Shown piece by piece: positions 43,430 to 55,200 of a stretch of DNA of 64,000 nucleotides. The notes beneath the pieces are model-generated. The model saw nothing but the letters and a program-made list of their open reading frames with translations. It did not search any database and was not told where the DNA came from. The stretch's first letter is position 1, and every line of letters starts with the position of its first letter. The DNA comes from the human T2T-CHM13v2.0 reference genome, Homo sapiens: the NCBI RefSeq assembly GCF_009914755.1, contig NC_060928.1; one strand, written 5' to 3'. Made by a program: the position numbers and the translations under genes.

Positions 43430-44560
43430 GCGCCGGAATAGGCGGTCAAGACGTGTGTTAATATTGCAACAGCAAATATAATGAATCTGCAGTTGGGGAC
43501 GCTGAGGCCGGAGTGGTGGATGAAAGGTGGCCGGAGCCTTTTCCACGGGTCCAAACCACCTGTTACAGGAGAAGGCGAGCGGCCTCGCTAAGCAACTGGA
43601 CGTTCCGCGGGCGGGGCGGGGCCGGGGCCCGAGTCCGCTCGGAAACTTTCGCTGTGGGCGAGCCGGACCCGCCTTCTGGCCCCTCGGGCCCAACCACGCA
43701 GGGGTAGTGCCGGGCCGCAGCTAGGCGAGGCGCACCGTGATTGGCGGAGATGTGGAGTGATTGGCGGCTACACCGGCCACTCAGCAGGCCGAGCTGGCGC
43801 CGCATCCGGGGGGCCGCGTCTGGAGTGGAGGGAGGCCGAAGGCCCCGCCCCTGCCCCGCCCCCTCGTGCAGAAGGCCGCGCTAGCCGGCTCTTCAGCAGC
43901 GAGTGCAGATTGCTCCCCCGCGGCCGCAGATCTCCCGTTTGCGCCGCGTTCAGCTGCTCCCGAACAACTTTTCTGCCGGCCCAGAGGCCCCAGGGCGTCG
44001 CAGCGCCGCGTGCGGCCCACTCACGGGCCGGTGAGTACTTCGGCGCTGGGGCAGTGGCGCGGTGGCTGTGGGCAGCGCGCAGGAGGCGGGCAAGAGCCCT
44101 GAGGCACTGTCCTCCTCGGGCCTCAGTTTCCCCTTCCGAGCTGATGGGTGGCTGGCCCCAAAGTCCCGACAAGGTCCCCGAAGTTGGAGGGCCGGGGGTC
44201 CCGCCCGCTCTGCAACGCGCAAGGCGACCCCTGTTCCGGGCCCGAACGGGTCACCCGGGGGGCGCGCCCCGGTCCCCCGCGCGCTGTCGCCTGGAGCCCC
44301 GCCGCGGGCGGGACAGCAGGCCCGAGAGGCGGAGCGGCCGGCGGGCAGGCCCCCTCCCCGCGCCCCGCGCCATCCCCCCCGAGTTGCCCCGTCATGCCCC
44401 TCCCCCGCGGTCCCGGGACCCACGGCCGCCCTCGGTGCCCGCCCGGCCGTTGGAACGCGCCTGGGCCCCCGGGAGGTGTTGTGGGGGGAAGGGGGGTTCA
44501 GTCCCCCAGGGGGACCCGGCCCGCCCGAGGGGCAGCTTAGGGGTCATTCTGAATCCCCAC
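43430..44560 (+). promoter_or_regulatory. WFS1: WFS1 CpG-island promoter: GC boxes, two inverted CCAAT boxes, ERSE-like motif, TATA-less
   Basis: Dense CpG, gggcggggcgggg ~43608, ccccgccc twice ~43843-43862, ATTGG at 43740 and 43760, GAGGCGCACCGTGATTGG at 43727-43744. Confidence 0.93.
43866..44030 (+). other. WFS1: WFS1 non-coding exon 1 (5'UTR); start approximate
   Basis: Ends at a strong donor ccg|GTGAGT (44031), contains no ATG and matches the recalled WFS1 mRNA leader. Confidence 0.88.
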
Positions 44561-47500
44561 AGCCCACTTAGGAGCGCTGTGGCAGTTCCTCTCCCTCTCG
44601 GGGCCCCTCAGTAGAGAGTTGAGGGGTTTCAGTGGCAGCACCTGGACCCTGCCTCGTATGAACTCCACCCTCTGGATCATTAGCTTTTTGTTTGATCAAC
44701 GAAAACTTTCTGGAGAATCCTACCCAGCCCTTTTGGATGTGATGGCGCCCTGGCCTCTCACCCACTTAGCAGATGATGTTATGAATTCCAAGGAAGTCGC
44801 ATTTGTGCAACCCCCCACCACCCAGATTTAACCCTCTCAGTAGCCTTAGGCGGAGAAGTTATAGTCCCCGTTTGACACCCCAGGAAGCTGAGGCTCAGCA
44901 GGGTTTGGTGCCAGCCCAGGACCACGAAGCTGATGGGGCAGAGCCTGGTGTGAGGCCTCTGCCCTATCTCTCCAGAAGCAGCCCCGTCTCTCCTCACCTT
45001 GGACAATGACCCCTGGCATTTGGCCCAGGGCTTTGCAGTTTGTAAAGGGCTTTCTCTTATGCCAGCATCCATCACTCAAGGAGCTGTGCCCTGGGTACCC
45101 CATGTGCTGGCTGCCTGTTCTCTGCAGCAGGAGAGGGAGCCCACGGGAAGCCCAGAGGCCACCTTTGTCACTGTCCCCACCTGTTTACTTCTGTGTCCAA
45201 GGGTCTGTGATTCCCATGGGGTCTCCGTTGTATCCAACCAGGGATTTGGAGGGAGGCTTCTCCACATTTCAGCCTCTTTTCCCTACCTGCTGGTTTGTCC
45301 TCCCTTCGCAGACACAGGAAAAGTTGGCTGGGAGACCCCATCTCACCTTCTTTCCCAGGATGGAAGAGCATGGAGGGCGTCTCTGACTTAGGCCTCCCCT
45401 GCCCATCCCGGACCAGTGCTGGACAGGCTTCTGGGGCTGGTCACAGAGGGGACCTCAGCTCAGTCTCAACCCCCAGAGATGTCTGCACTGCCAGACAGAC
45501 CCGAAACACCCATCCTTGACGGTGGCAATAAGAATCATAATAGGTCGGGAGCTTTATGCCTACACGGCTCCCCTCCCCTCCCACTTCCCTACTTCCGGAA
45601 GTGGTACCACCACAGCCAGCCAGCCCCAGCCACAAACCAGACCACCCCCTGTGCCCTTCATTCCTCACTCCCAGTTGGGTCTCTCCTGGCTCCTGAGCCT
45701 CACTCGGATGCCTGCCCTGGTTCAGGACCCTCGCCTCTCCCTGGACGACCCCCAGGCTCCTCCCTGGTCCCGATCCGGGCCTGGCTGCACGCAGCCCTGC
45801 TGGTTCTTCAGCTGCCACTTCCCTCTGGGCTATCGGGTCAGGTCCGCCTCCCGAGCCAGGAGCCGGCATTCTTTCGGGCCCTCAGGGACCCGCCTCGCTG
45901 CTCACTCAGCCTCTCCCTCCTGTGTCCTCTCTCCAGCAGTCACCTCCCAGCCACCTGCGTGTTCCTGGCCACAAGCCTGGCTCACTGTCCCTCTGCTGCC
46001 TCCTCTTCTGGGCACAACCCCTGCTGGAATGCCCAGCCACCTCCCAGCTTGCCTGGCTCCTGCCTGCTTGTCCAGAAGGCTCAGTCAAGGCCTCCTGCAG
46101 GATTTCTGGCCTGCCTCTTCCCACAGTGGAGTGAGGGCCCCCTTCTGTGCCGTCTTTGTGGGTGTCTGTTTAGGTGTTAACCCTTCCCATCTAGATGAAG
46201 CTGCTCCAATGCTGGCCCTGGACAAGACTTCTCTAGGGCAGGGGGGCCCAGCACAGTGCTTGGCACAAGATGGACCTACCCTCAGTCCACACCTGCTGCC
46301 CATCCAGGCCAGGCCTGGAGCAGGTGCCAGGTGTGTGGTGGGGGCTTGGCCACTATGGCCGTCATGAATGCTGCTTGGGGCAGTCCCAATTCAAACCCCT
46401 CTGTTCCTGTGAATGTGCCACATTGGATAGAGCTGGAATGTTCCTTGGTTTGTCCCTTAATACTCTGAGCAAAAATAGGTACCTGGGATCCATCAAGGGC
46501 TTTGTGCCCTTGTCTTGAGGAGCAGCCCTGTGCCAGGGGGCTGGGTCAGGCCAGGCCAGAGCAGACATCCCAGGGCCAGGACCTCCTGGGCCTGCTCCCT
46601 TAGAGCTTGCTCACAGATGGGTTTTAAAATAACATTTGCTTTAATTTCAAAAACATCACACATTCATTATAGAAAACTAGGGAAATATGTTTAAAAGAAG
46701 AATAAAATGAAACCGCGCATAAGCTTTATCCCCAGAGACAACAAGTATCTTTTTTAGGGGGCGTTTTCTTCCGTTTTTTGGCAGATAAATTTTGTTTTCA
46801 TCCTAAACAGACTCCGGCTAATATCTTCTGCTGCTTTAAATCCTGCCTTAACAGTGTTAGGCCCACCTTTTCCTTGTCTCAAAACGTTCATGTACGAGGT
46901 CACGTTTACCAGCTGTACAGCGTTGCACCATATGGAGGGGTGTAGGCTTTATAGCCAGCCCCTTTCTGGACAGTGCTGAAAGTGCCATATGATGGACATT
47001 GTGTGTGAGCCCCGAGGGCATCTCCAGTGACTCCCCTGGACTGGCATCCTGGAGGCAGAGGCACTGATCAGAGAGAGTGAACATCATCTTGGCTTCCCAC
47101 AGGGGCTGTTTCTGAGGCACTGGCTTGGGAGATGGGGTTGCCCCCCCAGAGAGAACAGAATGGGGGTGGCCTGGGTGAGGGCCAGAGCCCTTAGGGCAGA
47201 AGGCCACGTGTGGTCATTCTGCTGCGGGTCTGAGTGGATGCATGGTGCCTGCAGCCCTCTCCAGGTGGCGGCCTCTCAGCTGAACTCCTTGGTGCCGGTG
47301 TTTGTGTTTGGACGGGATAAAAATATGCCTCATTGCTCATGAGGAAAGAATGCTAGCAACTTTGGTTTTGTGGATCTTACACAGTGACGGCTTCTAAGCC
47401 ATTGCTGTGGTCACCAGTAGGGAGTTGGGGCTGAGTGCCCCACCGTGCAGGTGGGGATCTGAGGGTGCAGAGTGGATGCAGCTGGAGATGCCTGGATGCT

Positions 47501-48006
47501 GGGGTCTGGGGGAGGGACTTGCTAAGGTCCCACAGCATTATTGCCTGGATGGTGCTCCTGCCCTAGGCCAGGCTGCCTCAGGTTCTGCCCACATGCATTA
47601 AGTGCTTAACGTATTCCTGGCAAGGCAGCCGGTCTTCCGAGTGGATAAGCTGCAGCCCTGCCCTCAGGGCTCACAGTGGCTGTAACATGCAGGAAGACTC
47701 AGAGAGGGAAGGACCAGACAGCAGGTCCTTCCACCGGGAGATCTTTTCTGATCTTCATTGTCCCTGTGACCAACCATGACCAGGAATTGTTGTGCTTGTT
47801 TTGAAATAACAAGCCCTTTGATCCAAACCAGACTTGGCCAACCCCCAGGGAACCTGAAAATTAATCCTCCTGTATTCATCCATTCTTACTAACCAGAGAT
47901 TTTACTTTAAACAGTTTTTTTTTAACTGCAGTGTGACATACATGGTACATAGGCCAGCTAGAATCTGTTTTCCTGAAATTCCTTTTATGAAGTGTTTTCC
48001 AACTGA

Positions 48007-48359
<353 letters not shown>

Positions 48360-49516
48360 GGCTTAGTTTTTTTTTAATGCCCAATAGTTTGCTTTCTCTT
48401 CTGCCACACACATAATCCCCATAGCACCCCTATGTGGGAGGTGCTATCCCCATTTTACATATGGGGAAACAGACACAGTGAGGTCATGTGGCCACTAGTA
48501 AGGGTAACCGACGCCCCACACCATGTTGCTTCCAGCTGTAACCTCTAGCAGAGGGAGGGCTCTGATGGAGAGGTGATCGCCTGAGTGCTGTGTGTTTACC
48601 TGAGTAGGTGAGGAAGACAGGGACTCGGGACAGACATAGCTTGGAAGCTCCCACAAAGGAGGTATCGCTGGAGCTCTTGACTTGAAGGGTGCTTAGGGTC
48701 TAGGCTGGGGGAGGGGGGTAAGAAGGCATTCCGGGAAGAGGGCCCTGCAGAAACAGAAGTGTGGAGGTCAGCATTTGTATGCTGATGTTGAAGGGTAGCC
48801 AGTGTTTTGCAGTGAATGGGCCCCGGGAGAGAGGGTGCAGTGGCAGTCTGATTTCAAAGTCATCTTTTTCAGAAATGAGCTTGCAGAAGCATTAGAATTG
48901 GGCAGGTCTGGATTTGAATTTCAGGTCTGGTACCTGGAGCTGTTTGACCTTGAGCAGGTCCCTCCCCTCCCTGCACCTGGGTTCCTGTCTGTGAAGTGGG
49001 GTGAGGTTGAAGGATAAAACATTTCCCCATCTATAACTCTGGGATGACAATAGGATCTACCTTCCAGGTCCATGCGAGGAACTCACGACAATAGGACCTA
49101 CCTTCCAGGGCCATACGAGAAACTCATGAGAAAAGACAAGTACAGAGAACAGAGCCGTTGGTCTTGATGGCAGAGATGCCCTGGCGTAGGTCAGCCCTCA
49201 GTAAAGGTGCCCTCTCTCTCTGTCTGAGAAAGTGACACCTGACTTCGGGGCAGTGGGAACCATGGGAGAGAAGGTAGACAAGGCCACGTGTCATTTGAAG
49301 ACCTGACTTTTCACCATCTCAGGTGGTCCAGTGGCCTGCAGGACCGTGGTTCTGTTTGCCCACAGCGTGTGGGTTCTACGTGCGATCCTGTATTTCTCTG
49401 CCACAGCTGACTAAGGGGACACTTAGGTCTGCACGTGCAGTTAAATGGCTGCTTTTGTGGAAGGTGCCAGTTCCCGGGAGCTGGGAACTTGGAAACAGGA
49501 TGGAGCAGGCTCCCAA

Positions 49517-49651
49517 GCTTGACCATGCATGGTTTGCACCTGGGGGATGCACCCGGGGGTGCTTGACCATGCATGGTTTGCACCTGGGGGATGCACGGGG
49601 GTGGGGTGGGGGGGGTGTGCTTGACCATGCATGGTTTGCACCTGGGGGATG
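49517..49651. repeat. Three copies of a 33-bp core with palindrome ACCATGCATGGT and G-run spacers
   Basis: gcttgaccatgcatggtttgcacctgggggatg at 49517, 49561 and 49619. Confidence 0.95.
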
Positions 49652-50684
49652 TTTTACACTAAGGGCTCAGTCCCTCTGAGGGAGGAACGTGTGGATTGAA
49701 ATCTGCAGAGTTCTTGAGCGACACCAGTCTGATCTTTAGGACTCATTTGCAGCGGGAATGGAGCAGAAATTGTTGTGTGTGGAGCCTGGGGCCACTCCTG
49801 ACTCTTCCAGTCACAGCTGCCCCCAAAAGTGACCTCTGGGCACCTACTCAGACCTGGCTGCTCAGTGCCAAGCACTGGGTGTTCAGAGGTGGCCAGGGGA
49901 CTCCCTCGTGCTGCCCATGGTGTCTGGTCTCACTGGTCCTCACAGTTGCCCCGTCCCCATTTTCAGATGAGGAGGCTGAGGTGCAGAGCGGGATGTGGGC
50001 TGCTCAGGACCACACAGCTGGTGGGCACAGAGCCAGGAGTACAGCGCTGCGGCAGCTTGGGGCTGGGAGCGAGACTCTCTGTTACCAGCCTCTCCCTGCT
50101 CTGTGCCTCAGAGGATGGCTGTGGCCCTGAGCTTGGGAGGGTCATTTGGGAATCTGAGGAAAAGTTTCCACAGCCTCACACAGCAGCAGGTTCAAGGTCC
50201 AGCAGTGCCAGGGGTTTGCATCCCACCCCTAACGCCGCTCATCCAGGGCCCATCCGGGTCCGGGGCTCGGGATCCTGCAGCGCTTTCAGCTCTGTGTCTG
50301 TGGCCGGTGGTTGTCCTTCATTACAGGGATGGTGGTGTTTTTCCATGTTGCTAAGCAGCATGTGAGGGCCTCTGTTGAATAAAATAAAGCCCTTGCTCCG
50401 GCGTGACACGGGTCACGGGATCTCTGCTCACTCTAGTCTCTTCTGATGCCCCCACCGCACTGTTTGCCTTAGTTTGCTTTTTACTCTCTGTGTTGATTTC
50501 TGGGGCATCAGTCCTCTGACTTCGGTGTTGTGGCTTGGGCCTGGGGTGGGGGCTGTGGAGCGGCAGATCTGGGTATGAATCCCAGCTCCACCCATTTGGC
50601 TCCCTCTCTTCTCTCCCCTGCCCTCTTCTCCCCTCCCCAGCTCCCTTCCCCTCTCATATTTACTTAACTTTACTCAGTACCAGC

Positions 50685-51075
50685 GTATTAGTTTTCTAGG
50701 GCTTCCGTAAGAAACTACTGGAAACTTGGTGGCTTAAAACAACAGAGGTTTGTTCTCTGATGGTTCTGGAGGCAGAAGTCTGAAGTCAAGGTGTGGGCAG
50801 GGTGGGTCCCTCCTGGAGGCTCTGAGGGAGGCTCAGTTCCTCGCCTCTGTCCAGCTTCTGGCAGTGGCCAGTGGTCCTCCTGCTCCTTGGCCACTGTCAC
50901 CCGTCTCCGCATGGCTCTGTTACGCTTCTCTTCCTATAGGCCATCAGCTCTTGGAGCCAGGGCTTCCCTACTCCAGGCTGATCTCATTTCAAGATCCTTA
51001 AATACATCTTCAAAGACCTGTTTTTCCAAATAAGGGCACATTCACAGACATTGGTGGGCACATGATGTGGGGCCC
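50685..51075 (-). mobile_element. MLT1-type MaLR LTR
   Basis: gtattagttttctagggct..ggtggcttaaaacaacaga..ttctggaggcagaagtctgaagtcaaggtg. Confidence 0.8.
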
Positions 51076-51222
51076 AATTCAGCCCCCTGCAGCCAGGCTC
51101 CACATGGGTGGGCTCTGGGTGTTGCTATCATCATCCCCGTTTCTTGGATGAGGGAAGGCCAGGGTTGTGTGGCTCATGCCCAGTGAGGCAGGGACTCCAG
51201 GCCTCGGCATGTGCAGGTCTGA

Positions 51223-51735
<513 letters not shown>

Positions 51736-52170
51736 TAGCTGGGTGGGAACGGGGTTCAGCCACCCCTGGAGGGTCCCCCCACCAGGTCCTCTGCAGTTCA
51801 GCATTGTGCAGCTCCCATGCTGTGCACAGGCGTCCATCCAGTGGGGCTACCCACCTCCTCAGAGCCTTGCACCTGTCACCTTTGTGGCACCCACTCGAGG
51901 TGGTGCTGGTGCCCCCACTCCTCTGCAGTCCTTCTCTTCCCAGGGCCTCTGCAGCACTTCACAGCTTCCATTTGCAACAGCGTCCAAACATGTGGAGTAA
52001 ATTCACGGGCCCTCTGTAACCAACTAGGGTGGCAGGCCAGAGGTGACAGCCACACTCTCGGGAGTGAGGCCACATGCGGGCGAAGCCCTTGGTGCTGAGT
52101 TTCCCCTCTCCCTGAGGGAGACTTGTGAGGGACGGGCGTCCTTCACCTCCATCCTGAGGCGGGATGCTGG

Positions 52171-52290
52171 GGCCCTGGGTGTTCACAGGCAGAGCTGACT
52201 GAGGCCCTTGGTCTTCACAGGCCGAGCTGACTGAGGCCCTGGGTGTTCAAAGCAGAGCTGAGGCCCTTGGTGTTCACAGGCAGAGCTGAC
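52171..52290. repeat. ~32-bp minisatellite, 4 copies
   Basis: ggccct(g/t)ggtgttcacaggcagagctgactga units; the third copy is shortened. Confidence 0.9.
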
Positions 52291-55200
52291 AGGCTTGTTG
52301 GTTCCTGGGTGGTGATGTGAGGGTGGTGGGTGTGAGCCAGGGGAGTCCGGCCCCTGGGCACCTTCTCCAGCTGACTCAGGCCTCGGTCAGCCTTCACTTT
52401 TGCTAGAGAGGCCGCTGCCAGGGAGGCTCAGTCCCAGCTCATCACTGCCCCTCCTGCCCATGCAGAAGCCCCAGACCCATGGTGAGTGCCTGCTGTGTAC
52501 ACCAGCCTTTTCCATGTGCCTGCAGGACTCCTCATGGCAGTCCTGAGAGGGGAAACTGAGACACCGAGTCTAGGTGACTTGCCCAAGAGACCCAGCGGGT
52601 GAGAGACGAGGTGCTCGAGTGGTCCAGGTTTCCTTCTTGTCCCAGTCACCCCACTGGCAGGGCCGTGGGGCCTCCCTGCTGTGGTCGCAGCGCGCTGAGG
52701 CTCCCATGTACCACTTATGCTGGGCATGCCCTTGGAAACTCACTGCAGCCCTGGGCCCTGTTTGTCTTTGCATCTCCTTAAAAGATCACTGTGCTCCTCT
52801 GCTTTGTTTTGGAGGCCTCTGGGCGGATGAGGGCCTGACCCCGGGATTTGGGCCCAGCCTCACGGCTTCAGGGGAACAGATACCAGGGCTCGGAAGCTTG
52901 GTTTCAATCTGGGTAATGAGAACAGCCCGCAAAGGACAGAGTCCAAGACTGTGTGTTTCAGATAAGAAGAGTCAGGAAGCAGCTGTGGTTTGTTTGGCTT
53001 CGGTCTCCAATGTGGGGGTGGTGAAGAGCAAGCCCTGGGCGCCGCCTGACAGCCCAGTCCCCACCACTGGGCCTGCAGCTGGGGGCAGTGGGCATCCCGT
53101 CTCCCAGTCACTGGTCACTGATGTGGCCAAAGCAGGCCTGGCCCTGCATGCCCAGTGGCCGCAGGGAGGGCAGGGCCCAGGGTCCCTGCCAGTAGCAGCT
53201 GCTGCGAGAATCTGTTATTTAGCTCCCCCATCCAGCCAACATAGGTGGGTGAGCATCAGTTGAAATACCAATAGGTAACAACAAGGGTAGCTATTTAACT
53301 GACACTTCCCCGAGCTAGGCATCTTTTTAGGGCATTAGCCCACTTGCCTCTTTAACAGCCCTGGGAGGCAGGCTCTGCTGCTGCCCTGTTTTTCAGATGG
53401 GAAACCGAGGGATAGAGGGCTTAAGTAGATGACCCAGCGTCCCGTGGTTGGTGAAGGGTGGAGGGGAGATTTAAACATACCGTGGAGCCTGTGCTCACTA
53501 TGGGCCTCAGGTCATCTGCGCCCAGGGATCCCCATGTCCCAGGCTCAGAGAAGTGCACAGAGCAGGTTGGCCTGTCCCTAGATCAGTGCCTGGCCAGGCC
53601 CTGGTGACAGGAGTGAAGGCTCAGTCCTGCCCTCCGGGAGCCCTGAGCAATATGGGAGACAGGAGTGAACAAGGAACTACATTCTGGGGCTCATGTAGCG
53701 CGGGGGACAACCCACATTGCAGTCCCCTAGGGGCCCCCCAGGAGGGCCTGGTCACTCTTCAGGGCATCAGGAGGACTGCCTGGAGGAGGCATCGTCGGAG
53801 CCCCATCTGAGCTGCTCCTTGGCCTGTACACTTGGGAAACAGGAGAAGAGCAGCCTTGGGGTTGCCCTTCTCTGGTTGCCTCCCTGAGGAACTGACCCCC
53901 TTTTCAGCCCTTCATTCAGCAAGGCTGGGGAGGGGCTGCTTCAGAAACGTCACTGGGCTGGAGCCCCACACTTCCTTCCCATCCTGGCTCTGTGGCCTTG
54001 GCAAGTCACCTGCCACCTGGGGAACCACTGCCGACGGGTCGGGGCTTGGAAACTCAGGGGCTCCTGGGCCCAGACAGGTAAAGGAAACAGTGACTCCGGC
54101 TAGAAAGGAGACTGCAGGGAGTTGTGAGGCTCTTGGGCGTCCCTGTGCCAGGGCGGGACTCCTCATGGCAGCCCTGAGAGGGGAAACTGTGTCCTGTGTG
54201 GAGCGTGGATGCCCACGTGCTGAGAGGTGTTGTCTGTTCTGATTTTTGACAGCAGCCCAAGTGATGTGCCAGTGGGCCAGGGCCGGCACCTGCCTGTCGG
54301 TGGCTGCCCCAGGGCTGATGGGCAGGGGCCGTTTCTTCACAGGCAGCTGTGGTGAGTCCTGTGATCACCTCAGTGTTGTCTCCAGCCCTGGGGGGATCTG
54401 TTGTTCTGCTCAACAAGAGAATAAAGCTGGGCTCGTCACACCTGGTCCCAGGTGACCCAGCAGGCACAGAGAGGTAGAGTTGACACCAAGCCTCACTCAG
54501 CCACCGTGACACGGCTGTGCGAGTCCACGCCCTGGCAGAGAGCCTGTTCTGGGCCTGTTCTGTTTAGCCCTGGGGCTAAAGGGCGGGCTCAGATGCACAG
54601 AGGGACAGGCCTGGTGCAGGTGGGAGGAAGGAAAGCAGACTGTGTCATCGTCTCAGCTTCAGGCTGGGCGTGCTGTGGCTATCATGTGCTTGGCCTGTGC
54701 TAAGTGTGTGCTAAGCATGTGGCCCTGGTGGGCACTCAGGCCTCCTGGGCACCAGCCGAGGCCCCACCCCTTCCCACTATGCGGCCCTGAGCTCTCCTGC
54801 TGTCTCTGTCATTCACGGGTCTACCAGTAGGACAAGGCCTGGGGTTGGTGGAGGAGGGAAGGAGGTGAGATTTGGGAGCTTTCCGAGTCGTACCCGCCAC
54901 TCCGTCTCCGAGCAGCAGCACTCTCATCTCTACAAGTCTCTACAGCAGTGCTGCCACCGCCTTGACCAGGGAATCACCCTACTGTGAGGTGGCCCAGCTC
55001 ACTGTGAGACTCTGGGGCAGTCATATGCCCTTTCTGTTGACCCCAGTGGGTGGCCAGCCCACACGACTGCTGAATCTGCCAGGCCTCCCAGCCATTGGGG
55101 GTAGGGGGATTGCTTTGGCAGCCACAGGGACACAGATGCGGACAGGAGCAGGAGCCCTGGGGAGGAGGTGCACCCCACCAGGAAGCACCCACCAATGCTG

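Noticed and set aside
43757-44614. 285-aa ORF across WFS1 exon 1
   Set aside because: CpG-island artefact: non-ATG start, and it runs through the exon 1 donor into the intron.
45416-46367. 254-aa and 283-aa Pro/Ser/Leu-rich ORFs in WFS1 intron 1
   Set aside because: C/T-rich biased composition, non-ATG starts, no recognisable domain or exon structure.
49517-49651. CRISPR-like repeat-spacer array
   Set aside because: Human intron, only three repeats, short low-complexity G-run spacers of unequal length, no cas genes.
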